Notes: generated by a model not told the origin, from the sequence alone. Positions 37,201 through 52,028 are shown, counted from the first letter of the stretch. The stretch is 64,000 nucleotides of DNA from Rhizophagus irregularis (GCF_026210795.1 NC_089435.1:2232001-2296000); one strand, 5' to 3'. Made by a program: numbers and translations.

Positions 37201-38252
37201 TTTACTTAGGAGGGTACTGGATTTATTTGTTTGGGTTGGGTAAGGGTGAGCAAAGTAGGTAATTCCTATGAAATTACCTGCTTTTTTATTTTATTTTATT
37301 TTATTTTTATTTTTATTTTTTTATTCCCTTTTTTTCTTTTTTTTTATTTTTTTTTATTTCTCTTGTTTACTTGATAACCAACTCAAGCAAATAACATCCT
37401 ACTTTGTTATTGATAAAGTCTGCTAATTCTAAAGGAGGAATTGGCTATGTCTTCTCTACCATTAAATAAAAATTTAGCACACTATTAATAATTTTTTCAT
37501 TCTTATAATAGGTAAATGCAGAGATTTACAATCACTGGTAAAATGAATAAATTTCCTAGAGGAATTCTTGAAAAAGAGTACATATCAAGTATTAAAAATG
37601 TGAAAAATTTTTACTTTATATTTGTTATCTGATTTCTTATTATTGAATTGTATTCAATTATTTATCAATTACAGCAATTTTGTATTGAAATACTGGACAA
37701 CAGATGAAAATTCTTTGAATGGAGCATTACTGATTTTCTAGATGAGTGTAAATGGCTTATTAAGAGACTTTAAAAGAGGTGTGTATTTTTTTATTTGCAA
37801 AGTGGGTAACTTCCTAAGCTAAAATTAGAACAGATAACTCATTGAGTCGGGGAGTTCACAAATTTTACTTAGGAGGGTACTGGATTTATTTGTTTGGGTT
37901 GAGTAAGAGTGAGCAAAGTAGGTAATTCCTATGAAATTACCTGCTTTTTTATTTTATTTTATTTTATTTTTATTTTATTTTTTTATTCCCTTTTTTTATT
38001 TTTTTTATTTTTTTTTATTTCTCTTGTTTACTTGATAACCAACTCAAGCAAATAACATCCTACTTTGTTATTGATAAAGTCTGCTAATTCTAAAGGAGGA
38101 ATTGGCTATGTCTTCTTTACCATTAAATAGAAATTTAGCACACTATTAATAATTTTTTCTTTCTCATAATAGGTACAGTAAATGCAGAGATTTACAATCA
38201 CTGGTAGAATTAAGAAATTTTCTAGAGGAGTTCTTGAAAAAGAATGTGTATC
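34205..38252. repeat. Tandem array, ~6 units of ~663 bp
   Basis: Anchor GCAAAGTGGGTAACTTC at 34475, 35148, 35808, 36471, 37134, 37797 (periods 673, 660, 663, 663, 663). Confidence 0.95.
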
Positions 38253-40777
38253 ATTAATATTTCATATTAGTCACTCAGACGCCACCAATCATTTCCTTTT
38301 AAATTCGGATTATAATGTTTGGCGTGATCGCCATCACGAGACATTTAGTTTAAAGGCCTTATTATTACACAAATGCTAATTATTACGACTGCTCCTCTTG
38401 AATGTAGTGATACTTCTATATTTAAAGTTTTAAGCATTATAACGAATTTCTTTATTACAAATGAAATTATAAAATAGCCTGGATGATGACACCGAGACGC
38501 TTTCAGTTTTAAAACAATGAATGAATTGGTTTTTGGTTATCGTAGGCCAATTAAAATTTAAATGATCCATTTATCTAATAATAGTAAAAGACACCCTTTC
38601 TATAAAGAAAATTATTCTATTTCCTTTTTGACCATTAAGAGCTGCGGCGCAGTTTTCTGGATTTATTACTTACTGTATTTGGGCGACGTTTATTTTCAAT
38701 ATTGAATAGTAACTATTCAATGAAAATTTAATTACAAAAAATTCAAATACCAGAAATACTGGTGATTTGATATATATATACAGTATATATATGATGTATA
38801 GTTAAAAAAAATGGTCTATTTATTTACTAAAAACCAGAATAAAAAACAAACGCTACACAATAAATATAAAACGCGTTATTTTTAGTATCTTGTTTTCTTA
38901 TAAAAAGTGATAGGAATTTTACAATGAAAAATTTACGTAATTATTTTGTTACTCGTAATATCTAATGTCGCATAAACATAATAGAACATATCCGTACATT
39001 AAAAAATAAATTGGAGCTATGTTATAATTATTGAGTATTGCGTTAAACTAGTTACTAACAAAGTAAATAAGTAAATAAGATTGAAGAAATTTAAAAACCT
39101 TACAAAAGAAGCAATCCATTAAGCTTTTTAAATTTAATGCAAATTTTACCCTAAATAATGTTCCCTGTAAATTGGAATACGAACCTATCGAGTTTTACTT
39201 TAGAAAATTTACGGAAACTTGTCGTTTTTACTACACAATTTTACAACCCTACTTCTTTCTCAAGCGATAATTCTGAATAATTTAACTGAAAAATGAAATA
39301 CAAAACATTACTATTCTTTCTCATTGGTATTCGAACTAGTACCTTTACAAAATTAATTTTACTCTTTTACTTTGTTCTATTTTGTAAATTTTTGAATATT
39401 CTAATCAAACGACTTTTAAAGAAATTAGTTTTTTCACAAAAAAAATAAGAGATTTAGCAATCAAACCTTTGCCATTTTGGCTGTGTAACCATCAATTTAT
39501 CTTTAGTATAATAGGTATTCTCATTTCTAATTTTCTTTTTTTAGTTAATTCCATCGAATTTTTCGTTATCGAACTTATAGAAATAATAGAAATAAAGATT
39601 AACTCTGTCCTCATACTTGCTTTTTTTCACCTTCTAGAATGGTCTTTTTGGCGTCCGGGAATTGAAACACGTGCGTGGGATAGATTAAAATAGTAAATTT
39701 TGTTTATTTGCCTTGTATGATAAAATTTATCTTGCAAAATCTTCGTTATACTAAAAAAAAAAAATTCGTTATAAAAAGGGTTATTTCGTATATGCAGTGC
39801 TGTCTACGCAGTAGCAATGAGTGTCTTCTAAATATTAGATTAGAAAAGGATTCATTCAACTTTCAGTTCTTTTCTCGCAATAATACTATGAAAAAATCGT
39901 CGTATAAAATGTCAAAAAATTTGATTTACTTAAGAAAATGACGAAGATCCTAAACATCTATCAAAATTAAACATTGGAGAATTTCATTTTCATAGAAGTT
40001 TGTTCATTAAATAACTGCCTTCGAAAGAACTGTTTGTAAATTGTATTAATTCGAGAGATTCGATGAATAGTATCAGCGTTACGAATATGTTTATAATAAA
40101 CGGCTTTTTCTGTGAGGTTGTTAAATAACGTGAATTCCAAATTTAATTCATTGCTGGATTATGTCATTATTAAATTGCAACTTATGAACTTCTTGTTAAA
40201 TCTTTTCCGACTTAAGTATTTGCATAGCGCCATTATGAGGAGGTGGAAGTATTCCAAGATAAAAATCTCTCAACACAGTGTAAGACCCACGCCAATAGTA
40301 AACTACGTTGCCACCGTGGTCTTAACAAAAATAATATTTTATTAATAGTATAAAAGTTCAACAAATATATAATGCTTGGTTATAATAATATTTCCTAATT
40401 AGTTAATTTTATAAATTACAATCATAACTTCCGTTAAATTCCATAATTATCGATCCCTTTTCAACGTATAAATTTACCCCTAACAGCTAAATGATTTTCA
40501 TCAAAATGAAATCTTAAGTTCATAAAAATATTTTATTTCTGCCTTTTGAATTCCGCCATTTTAAATTCTCCTGAAATTTGATCTTAATATTCTGGCATCC
40601 TGATTAAGTTCCTCTTCAGAAAATAATGTTTCTGACCTTTCATCATTATAATCTTTTCAAAATTCACGATTTTTGATCTTCAATCCTATTCCTTATTATA
40701 GTAATACCTTCGAACTTAGATTCTGATTCCCAAGTCTAAAAATAAATATGAACACAAGAACTATGTACATTACACAT

Positions 40778-41018
40778 ATAACTGCCCTGACACCCGAAAA
40801 TCTGCCCAAAAAATTCCGCACAGGGCTGGCACTATGCAGTAACACGTGAATAAACAGTGACGACTAAGGGCGTGACAAATAGGATTTTGACTAACCGAAA
40901 AAAACTAAGTCCCTCTGATACTTATAGAAAATGGAAACACAGAGGGACGTGACAGTCGTGACACGTGTGATGAATAAATTTACTATTGCGGAATTTTTTC
41001 GGGTGTCACTGGGGTTAA
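40778..41018. mobile_element. ~240-bp MITE-like element
   Basis: TGACACCCGAAAA...AAAATTCCGCA at the left inverted as TGCGGAATTTTTTCGGGTGTCA at the right. Confidence 0.55.
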
Positions 41019-41562
41019 TCTACATATAGTTCAGTTTATACTCGTGATCCAGGATAAAAATCAAACACGCAGTAAGAATTTGTGGATCTTATATAAGAAA
41101 TTTTTTAATTAAATGTGCATAATTATTAACCGGAATGAATCTATAAAAATCATCAAACAATCGACAATGAATGATATATACTGTAACTATGAATTATTTA
41201 AAAGAATGATTTATATGAATGATGATATATTAGGAAAAAAAATTCACACAGATGATCTGGCGTACTATTTATTTCCTTTTATGTATTTTGGGGGGATTTT
41301 AATATTTTTAAAAAAAAAATAAATAAAAAAGGATTCATTTACAGTAGTCAAATTCTTGTGCAATTAAATAGCGTTACCGTTTTTTCGGGATATAAAAAAC
41401 GCGCAAAATACCCTATTTTTTCTGTCAAAAAAAAAAAAAAATCAAAAATCAAAAACCTTCAAGTAAAAAATTAATTCGCCTTTAAATCTTAAATTTCCTA
41501 AATTACCTATATTAATTATTATTCATTTTTTACTTATTATTACCATCTGAATTTTGAACAAC

Positions 41563-42129
41563 ATGAATTCAAATAACCAAAATACACAAGATTATTGTAA
41601 TTTACAAACTGATCAAACTGGAAATAGTCCTTCTCCTCAACAAATTCCTAATAATAATAATAACAATGAAAACATCCAACATACTTTAATTAACAATGTT
41701 GGAGTATCTAATATGAATTTAAACACCTTGCACGTTAATACTATTAATTCTACGACTCTTGCGCCTCATAATATTATATTTGAATTTTATTATCATTTAC
41801 CAAATGATGCTCGTATCTATCGTGTTACTTATTCTGAATTAAACCCATCAGAAAATGTTCAACTCTTGAATAATGGAATTAATCGTATTCCTGATTACCT
41901 ATTGACGCATCATTATAATGTACAATCTCAAATTCAACAACAGATTCAGCAACAAGTCCAACATTCTATCATTTATCAACAAAATAGCATTCAACAACAA
42001 TCTTTCGACACTACTCAACCTATTCCCCAAGTATACTCAACTAGTGACACCTATAATGCAGCAGTAAACGGAACTGTTTCTTATGATATGCAAGATATGG
42101 GAGATACGGGATTCCAGAATTCTTCCTAA
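41563..42129 (+). CDS. Gln/Asn-rich hypothetical protein, 188 aa, most complete copy of the family
   Basis: ATG at 41563 (MNSNNQ), shared with the relic at 44791; single FEFYYHLPNDARIYRVTYSEL domain then Q-rich tail ending GFQNSS. Confidence 0.75.
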   Translation: MNSNNQNTQDYCNLQTDQTGNSPSPQQIPNNNNNNENIQHTLINNVGVSNMNLNTLHVNTINSTTLAPHNIIFEFYYHLPNDARIYRVTYSELNPSENVQLLNNGINRIPDYLLTHHYNVQSQIQQQIQQQVQHSIIYQQNSIQQQSFDTTQPIPQVYSTSDTYNAAVNGTVSYDMQDMGDTGFQNSS

Positions 42130-44790
42130 GGACTTAGAGACTCATTATTATATTTAATTGTTTGGTAAATAAAGTTAATTTATTTATTTATTTTTATTTT
42201 ATTTTTAAAGTTCGACAATAAAAGTTAAGATGACGAAATGATAACTCATTTTTAGTATTTACATGATTGTTTAATTTGTTTAGCGTAAATTAAATGATTA
42301 AATGGCCTTTTCCACGTTTTTCTCTATAAAGAATGATTTTATTCAAGGTTTATTTAACTAATTTCATTTTATTATTTTTATATTTTTATATTTTTATTTT
42401 ATCATTGCAATATATGTACGAAGTGGTCTTCAAGTCTAAAAAGTTTTATGAAGCCACAGTTGCTCTATTTTATTTTGTGAATTTGGATTTGTATTAAATT
42501 AGTATTTTTTTTTTCTTTATTATCGATATATTTTGTTTTATTTTATTTTATTCTATGTTTATATATTATTACATCGTACTTTTCTTCTTTTCATCTTATT
42601 TATCAATTCGATAGTATACATATGGGTTGATTACATATCAAGTGGGTGAGTGACATAGTTAGTATAGTTAGTATATGAATTTTATATCGTATATGAAATC
42701 GTATCAATAAACATGTCACGTTTACTATTAAAAAAAAAAGTTTTTTTTTTATGATTAGAACGAAATTCATTAGAATGCTATCCATCCTTTTAAAAAAAAT
42801 TTTTATAACCTTCGAAATTTTTCTTTTCTTTTTTTTTATTTCTAATACCCGTACAAACGTGTTTAAAAATGGTGTATCAACATAAAAATTTCAATATAAT
42901 TAATTGTGTTTTATTTGTTTTAAGACTACTACTAATTTGTAAAGATAAAATTCGGGAGATACAATTATATTTAACTGTTAATCCTTCCTGAAAAATAGTA
43001 TATGATCGTTATTTGAGATAAAAGCTTTTTTCTTTCTTTTATTTCAAAATATTAAAATAAATACATCTAAATTTTTTCAACTATTTACGGAATCCTCATC
43101 ACGTCCTGATGCTCCACTCCTTATTAGTATTACCATCTATAGCAAACCAATCAATTAAGCAAATACAGTACTTTCAAAATACTACATAAATCTTCGTTAC
43201 TGACAATAGTTACTGCTGACAATGGATATTTAGTGATGCGTTTTTTTTTATTTCTTACCTATTCCTTTTTCCGTCATCTCTACTCCACTTTCCCTTAATA
43301 TCCTTCTTCCTCTTTTTGTACTCACTCCCTCCGGCTTTTTAGTATCATTTCCCGGTTTTGCTTTCTTTCTTCGTAAACGAGGTTAGACCCAGTTAAATCC
43401 TGACCGACCAGTGCTGGTAGCCTCTTGTTATTTCTTGAAACTGTCAAAGAACACAACTATCTTTTCTGTTTGTCCTGGAGGGGAAAGTTTAAAAACGATT
43501 TTATTTAGCCATCATCCATCGACATCCACTAGTGGTATTGGAAATTTTGCAACCAATTAGCATTAAAAATAGCCAATTAATACGGAGTTAATAAAAAATA
43601 TAATCATAATTACCAGGAATAGGTACATCTAAATAAACTAAAAGATTGGTTTCAGCGATAATAAATTTTATATACTTGTTTTTTCATCGAAGGTCTACTA
43701 GTTTCTTGAGCGGTGAAATATCATACGATGATCCCAGTATATCTTCAACATTTTGGTTCAGTTCCTCTTCTCCCTACTATTCCCCAAATTCTATTACTTT
43801 TTTTGTTCTTCAGAGGTAGAATTTGTGGCTACATGTTATATGAGGAAGTATTACCTCGTACAACCAACTATGCAAGACTGTTGGTTCATGAGGAATTCTC
43901 CATCTGAGAAGGTACACCCATTCCGAGAGGTAGTAAATCCCCAATTTTTTACAATTTACTTTACAAAGTAGTGATTATTTGGTAGTTAACTGAACAGAGG
44001 GTACAAACGCAATTCTCTTAGGTGATTAGTTCCTCAAATATTCCCGTTTGGTCTTATCATGTGACTCAACTATCAAAATGATATCTCAACTTAGTGTCCA
44101 ATACGGGAACGTATCTGCTACATACACTATTTTGACAACAATTTCTTCTAGTATGTCGGTTATTTATTTAGAAAAAAGGATATAGTATTTTGTAAGGTGA
44201 AGGAAAGACCCTAAATTTCCGTAAAAGGTCGCAAAATGTCCCTATTTTCATTAATTGTTTTGAAATTTTTTGAAAGCTGATATATCCGTTTTTATGTAAC
44301 CTCTATATTTTCTTTTTTTAAGTTGATGTGTCAAGAATAATGTGAAAATTTATGAAAATTTACAAATTAAATTTTTTTACTGCGGAATTACAATATAAAT
44401 TGCAAAATTTCGGGAAAGAGTTATTTATTTGTTTGTAGGTCAACATTCTGTAATATAATTTCTCTCGTCCTACAAAAGGACAATCAAATATAAATTAGGT
44501 TTAGTGAAAATTACTTTATTACACAATTTATTTACACAAAGTCTATTTTTAGTTAAAATCTTGGTTTGTGGCAGGGCAGTAAAAAAATTTTTTTTATTTC
44601 TAAATAGACTCCCAATGAGGTATTCAGCCATCAGATATGATATAGTTACTACAAAATTTTCTGAAAGAAAAAAGGCCGAAAAATTTTTATTAAATGCAAA
44701 TTTTTACTTTGAATAATATTCAAATTAGAAAATTTACAAAAAATTAGTAAGTTTTAATAATTCTTTTTATTAATTTGATTTTGAAAAAAC

Positions 44791-45149
44791 ATGAATTCGA
44801 ATAATCAAACTGCACAGGATTATTCTAGTTTTACCAATAGATCAAACTGGAAAGGTAGCTTCGCATATTTACAAATTCTTGATATAGTATTCAACAATTT
44901 CAACATGACTCAATTCTATACGCCTTATACATAAATAGTACTAATACCGCAACTCCGTACCTTAAAACGATACATTTGAATTTTACTTTCCTTTACCAAA
45001 CGATACACGTACCTATCACGTTACATATCAGTATACCGAATTACACCCATTAGAAAATGCGAGACTCTTGAATAATACTGATTACCAGTTGTGACACCTA
45101 CAGTAAAAGATACTGTACGAGAAATACAGGATCCCAGAATTCTTCCTAA
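44791..45149 (+). pseudogene. Gln-rich family pseudogene
   Basis: Starts MNSNNQTAQDY, contains FEFYFPLPNDTRTYHVTY, ends CAGAATTCTTCCTAA; frameshifts and a large internal deletion. Confidence 0.8.
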
Positions 45150-46850
45150 GGGCTAAGGAACTATTTCCTCTTTTTTTTTATTTTACTTTTAAAGTTCGAA
45201 ATAAAAGTTCCATCATGAAATGATAAATAAATCTTTATACAACTAAGCTAAAATATTTAATTTTAAGTTATTAAATTAGCTTTAATCTTACATTAATACT
45301 ATAAATTTTTTAACATAACCAAATGGTCCTTATCAATATTATTTTATAACCTGAGGGTAGAAATTTAGCTTTTGCAAATGAAAATTCAACTTTAATTTTT
45401 TGTGTAAAGTTTATTTATTTTATTTCTTTTCATTTTATTTCTTTTTTTTTTTTTTGATTATTATTACATTTCATTATTTTTCGATTATTTTGTTTTATTT
45501 TTCTTGATTTTTTTTATAATTAGAATAAGAATGTTCAATAAAAATAAATTTTATTTTATTTTTATTTATAAAAATTATTCATAATTAGTATTATTTATTT
45601 CATGGGGAGTTGGGAATAATAGGGGTTTTTTCCCTTCGGGAAAAAAACCCTAATGTTCCCCTTCCCATGAAATAAATGGGAGCATGTCACTCATTAAATA
45701 TTAACTATTTTAAACTTAACTATTTTAAACTAAAATTAGTAATTTCCCGGCTATCTGTATGAGACCGGGAAATAACTAAACGAAGATTCCCGGTCATTTA
45801 TGAACTCAGATAAGAAGGTGATCATGAGTGACACTTAATGCGACAGGGGATTATTTTGTTAATCCAATTAACAAAAAGAGTTTTAAAATTAAAATTGTTA
45901 ATTATTTTAATATCTAATATACCTAATATATTTTTTTAATCAAAAGTGTTTACTATCATATTTTTCGTATTTTATTAGTAATATAAATATTGTTACAATT
46001 TTGAGTTGTAAAATTTAATAAATTATTCAAAAGTAAATTATGTATTTAATATAGAAAATTATTTCGATTTTTTTTTTCTAGTAATTATTAATAATTTTTT
46101 AATATATAATTTTTGAATTATTGTTTCTTTTATTTAAAATTCTTTATTTATATCAGATAATTCATATGGTTTGTTTTACATGAACATTATGGTATTGGAA
46201 GAAAATTTGATTTCGTTAATGCGAAATTAAAGAAAGGAATAGAGTGAGAAGTATATAGAAGTTAAAAAACCAGTCCGTGTTTTATTTATACTGAAAAAGA
46301 TCGCGTGAAAAATTTGACAAAGTCAAATTATTGATCAATGAGAAAAAATAAATGTAAAACCGGAATAGTAAGAATAATATTAATATACAGTATAAAAGAA
46401 TTAATATATAAATATCACCGGTGAATTTATGATGTAATGCCGGCCAGCGTTTTATTATATTTATAATTCTGGCCCAAAGTACATCATAATGCTGGACTCA
46501 TATAGGCGGATTTGGCGAATGTCGATCATCAAAGTGAACCAAATCTGCCCATATGTGCTGGCGGGCGACTGCCGTAACAAAATGCATTAACAATGCAAGA
46601 TTTTAAAACAAAAAAATTTATATCATTGAAAATCTTTCTTGCTTTCGTAAGGCAAAATCACCAAAATAGGGATTCGTTAAAATGGTTTCGGAAAAATGTG
46701 ATGTCGGTAAAATAATAGCAAGTAGGCATACTTTTAAACTCAATCTCTAAAAAAATTATGCTACGGCATTAAATATTGTAATGTGAATTATAATATTTTA
46801 TTAATAAACATCTAAATTAGTCTATTAATAAATATAGAATAATAAAAATT
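45127..46850. repeat. ~1.7-kb direct repeat, copy 1 (mate 52029-53855; partial third copy 62385-63270)
   Basis: Collinear from CAGAATTCTTCCTAAGGGCTAAGGAACTATTTCC to AAATTAGTCTATTAATAAATATAGAATAATAAAAATT. Confidence 0.9.
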
Positions 46851-47652
46851 GGCAACTTTAAAAGATAATTTGTAAAATTTAAATCTTATAAAAATCATAT
46901 TGAGCATTTGAATAAAAGAGACCTAATGTCAAAGTTTTTTTTAATAAAAATTTCAAGCTAATTTGGCTAAAAATTAATAGACTTATCTATAGGGGGGAAC
47001 GACAGATTTCATATGATTTTCCATATTTTTTGATTTATAAGCAAATTTGTAAAATTTTGAGCTTTGTAATAATTATATTAAATACATAGATAAAATAGAT
47101 CCAATGTTGAAGTTTTCAGTAAAAATTTCAAGAATTTGAATAAAAATTGATAAACTTGCCTATGTTGGGAATGGCAGATTTCATTGATCTTCACTTTTTA
47201 CTTCGGCAATTAATTATTTAAATTATTTAATTAATTAATTATTTATTTATTATGTATAATCATTACGATTATTATTATATATAAAGTAAAGTGTAGAATG
47301 TTGATGTAGTCAACAGGTACTACTAGTATAAGTTTAAAAACTTTATGTTGAAGAAAAAAATGTTTTTAAAAAATTTGCTGCGCCACGAACCTGGCACACA
47401 AATAAAGGATGCCTCCACAAAAAGGAAATGAAAGTCAGTCACATTTCATTTTCATTGCTAAGAAATCAAATTATTTTTACTATTTGAAGACCTTTCGAAT
47501 TTTCGTTGATTGATTAGTGAGTCAGTGAGTGTACTACGATCAATAATCAGTTAATATTGATTCTAATAACCTAAATAGGGTTAATTGACGCACAACGTAC
47601 ATGTCTATGTATACAATAAAATGAAAAAAAAAAATCACTTATTTTTCTAAAA

Positions 47653-50600
47653 ATGCAAATTTACGGACTTTGTTTTATTGTTGAACAGGAAATAAAACCG
47701 ATTCCTTTACAAAATGTTGCTGTTGAAGCTAATAGTAAGTTCATATTGATTATAATTTATTTTTCAATTTTTTTATAATGATGTTCCAAAATTGATTAAT
47801 TGCCAATTTTTTTTTAAAGTCGTTGATATGATCGCTGAAGGTACGTCAAATTTATATAAACGATATTATGATTATTCATTATGTTTTTTTTTTATTTATT
47901 ATTTCTTTTTTTATTAGTTACGATCAGCCAGGTATATAAAAATATTGAAGAAGACACTATTGAAGCGCTCTATAAGTTCCCTATCTATGAAGCCGCAGCA
48001 ATCTGCGGGTTTGAAGCAGAAATTGATGGTCAAAGAAAAGTAAAGGGTATCGTGAAAGAAGCAAAAGAGGCTGCGAAAGAGTATAATGAAGCAATTCAGG
48101 TAATATCAAATTTAAAATAATTTCAAAATATTATTTAATATAATTAACTTTCATTTTCTTAAATGATTAGAAAGGACATGGTGCTTATTTGTTAGAATCT
48201 GAATCTGAAGATGTATTTCAATGTTCTGTTGGAAATATTACATCGGGACAAACTGTAGTCATTAAGATTACATATGTTACCGAACTTAAACATGATTCTG
48301 AATCAGAAAAAATTCGATTTGTCCTACCAACTAATATTGCTCCAAGATATGGTTCTTCAGAATACTCGTCATCTTCAAATGATGGGAAAATTCTTAATCC
48401 TGATGTTGTATCTTATTCTAATAAAGCAGATTTTTATTTAGAACTTGCTGTTACTTGTAGAATGACTTCAGCTATTCAAAATATTGAATCACCTTCACAT
48501 AAAATTTCTACTGAAATGAATATTGAAGGAAATCCTAAAATATCTAAAATTACTTTGACCGAACAAATTACTTATTTAGAAAAAGACTTTATTCTTGTGG
48601 TTAAGAGTAAGGACCTTGATCAACCACGGTAAATATTTCACGTAATTATTTTTTATTTAATTACTATAATTAAAATTATTTAAATTTATTTCAGAGCTTT
48701 TGTTGAGTATAATCCTGAAACACAAACTAATTGTATTATGTTAACTTTGGTTCCAAAATTTTCATTAAATACTACCATATCCGAATTAGTTTTTGTTGTT
48801 GATAGGTATGTTATAATTCAACTACAAATTGAAATTTTCTGTTCAATTAATAAAAAAAAAATGTTTTAAATAGATCGGGATCAATGGGTGTTGAACCTAT
48901 GAAGAAAGCCGCACAAGCACTTGAATTATTATTACGTTCCCTCCCCGAAGATTGTTATTTTAATGTAGTATCTTTTGGATCTGATTATGATTCTCTTTTT
49001 CCAAAAAGTGAACTTTACTCCGAAACAACTTTATCTGAAGCTCTTAATCTTGCTCAAACAATGAAATCAAATTATAGGGGAACAAAAGTTTATAATGTGT
49101 TAGAATGGGTATTTAAAAATTCAAGAGATGATATGTCAACTTCAATATTTCTTATTACAGATGGAGAAGTTCGGAATGTTGATCAAATTGTAGAACTTGT
49201 AAGTAAACATGAAGAAGAAAAGAACGATGATTTACGTCTTTTTTCGTTAGGAATAGGTGATTCTGTTTCTCATAATTTAGTTGAATCTGTTGCTCGTGCT
49301 GGTAAAGGATACGCTCAATTTGTAACAAATGATGAAAGAATGGATAAAAAAGTTATTGGAATGTTAAAAAATGCTTTAAAACCACCAATTAAGGATTATA
49401 ATATTACTTGGACTGAGGTCAATTTATTGGATGAAAAGGAATTAGATATGACTCCAATTGAAGTAGATAAACCTACTATTAGTTTTATGAGTGATGACAA
49501 TATAGAACCACCACCACCACCACCAAGTGATATATTCACTGATATTAAAGTTCAACAAGCTCCATATATTATTCCACCCATTTATTCTGGAGTTCGATTT
49601 ATTGTCTATTGTATTTTAGAAAAAAATATTGAACCATGGAAAGTTATTACTTTAAAAGCTACTTCTCAAGATGGCCCTATGAAACTTGATATTCCTTTAG
49701 ATCCAGTTACTTTACAAGGTTCAAAGATTCATAGATTAGCGGCAAGGAAACTGATTCAAGATCTTAATGATAAAAAATCATTTATTCATAAACATCCTAA
49801 AAATGCTAATAAACATATCCCAGATTCATTAGTTAAAGAGCATATTGTTAAACTTGCTAAAACCTTTAATTTAGCCTCGAAATATACAAGGTATAAAATT
49901 CATTTAATTATACTTACGATTAATTTATTTTGTATGTTACCTATTAATTATAATTTTTTTATAGTTTCATTGCAATTGATGAGCGAAATAATGAAAGTTT
50001 ATTTGAGTCCCAAATAATTCCACAGATAAGAGAAGTCCCTCAATTAATTAAATCATATGGGAGGAGGAGGATGTTAACGGGAGAAGCAAGGCAAGAAGAT
50101 TATTTAAAGAGTTTGTGCTCTTTTAACGGCAGTAGTATGTTTGTTTTATAATTTTATTTATTTAGCGGATTGAAATAATGACACTTACTTAAATTAATCG
50201 AATATTTATATGATTTATTAGTGGATGGTCTTGAAAAACTAATTGAAGGGTTAGTATACAAGTTCATTTATGTTCTTATAATATGAGGATGATAATTAAT
50301 ATTTTTTTTTCAAAAATTTTTTTCATGAAGTTTATCTGTATCGCAACAAGAAGTTAATGTTATTCATAAAGAACCAAAAATTGAAAATTTATTCAAATTT
50401 TTGAAATTACAATCATTTGATGGGAAATTCTTACCTAATGAAACATTTTATGAATTTTTTTATAAAAATTATTTAGATGGTTTTAATAACTTTAAACAAG
50501 AAATTGAAAAAGAATTAAGTGAATTAAGTGAAAAGGAAATTGAAGAAATATTAACTAGTTGTATTGCTATTGCTTATTTGAAAATTGTTATGTTTGATGA

Positions 50601-50739
50601 TTTTAAAGATGAATGTGAAATGTGTTACGAAAAAGCTGAAAAAGCTTTTAAGAAAATGATTGGAAATAATGAAAAAGAAAAAATTATCATTGAAAAAGCT
50701 GAAGAATCGATTAAAAATTGGGTCAATAATAGTGATTAA
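47653..50739 (+). CDS. VIT + von Willebrand factor A domain protein (VWA5A-like), 9 exons: 47653-47734, 47820-47840, 47918-48099, 48171-48628, 48695-48805, 48874-49890, 49965-50134, 50222-50249, 50331-50739
   Basis: VIT motifs EALYKFPIYEAAAICGFEA, AYLLE, FQCSVGNI; MIDAS FVVDR|SGSM, LITDGEV, LFSLGIG; LASKYTSFIAIDER; LQSFDGKF; GT-AG introns preserve the frame. Confidence 0.9.
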
Positions 50740-52028
50740 GGAAAAGCAAGAGTGATATTAAAATATCAATCTGTTAGAGTTTCATACTGTATATTTGTTA
50801 TGATTATCTTTATATTAAATTTGACAAATAGAAAAAAAATATTAACTATATATTAAATTGAATTGTTAAAGTGATAATTTGAAACATGTGAATTAAATTT
50901 GATATGTTGGCCTATCCGCGGATAGGATAGTCGCCAGATCGAAACACTACAATTTACGTTAAAAGCATTTGTTTTTGTATCACAAACTAGCCAGTATTTT
51001 TTTTTTTGTTCCAATACCCACCACAGAACACGGGACTGATGGAAACAAATTTGGGCGTATTAATTAATAGCATCACGAGATCAACGATCGGGGATCGGAG
51101 CATATTATATTTTAATAATAAATTAAAGTTCGTAAATTTTAGAAATGTAAGGATGCTTATTTTTATACAAGATTATCGTAAATGGTGTAAATCATCATTA
51201 GAATAATGAAGGAAAATAAAACGTTTCACCTGATGTATTGTTTTAATTTTATTTATTATTTAAAAAAAAATACAATAAATTAAAAAATTAATGTGACAAA
51301 TTTTACATGTCTAACAAATGATTGATATTTTTAATACATTTAATAATCAAAATCAATCTTGCAACGGCTGTAATTTCCTTCACTGTAAACTCCTGAGTAA
51401 GCTGTTCAGTGAATTCGTGAATGTAACACATCGTGGAGATTTTGCGGGCATATTCTTTTTATTTTAATTAAGAGTAATTAAGAGTAAAAAATTTTTTTTT
51501 CTCTCACTAACGTACTCAAGCCATACATATATATATTTTAAAACTTCAATATTTCCACAGCCAACTTCCCAATTCTTCAATACCCAATACTCAACATTAA
51601 ACAAAAAGCCAGAGGCTTCATAATGTTGTTTATTTAATTTAACTTTCAAAAATTTGTTTTCTATCCTACGATAAATTGATAGTCACGTCGTTACTAATCA
51701 CTTTTTTGTGTAATGAGTGTGGGAGAATCTCTTTGAAATTTTGTTATGGCTGCTATTTATAATTGGAAAAGAATATACTTTTGAGTCTGACATTTATACT
51801 TATGTGGAAATTCTAAAAAATTGGTATAACGAAGCCACAGTTTCTATAGGGTGGGTTATTTTTATTTTACTTTAGCTAGTGATTTAATTTTGGTTTTATA
51901 TTAGATTAGTATTTTTCTTAGTTCTATCTTATTTTATTTATTTTATTATTACATCGTAGTTTTCTTCTTTTTATTTTTATCAATTTATGAGGGTTACATA
52001 GTAGTTAGTATATGAATTGAGCTTGTAT

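Noticed and set aside
34205..38252. Tandem array as rDNA/5S or a coding repeat (ORFs 34855, 38182)
   Set aside because: No recognisable 5S, rRNA or tRNA motifs; the short ORFs are not maintained across units
38450..40740. Possible decayed coding/transposase sequence on the minus strand
   Set aside because: Codon-like composition but riddled with stops, and no motif I can assign
43080..44050. Higher-GC stretch possibly from an old retroelement (ORFs 43713, 43753)
   Set aside because: No recognisable RT, RNase H, endonuclease or integrase motifs
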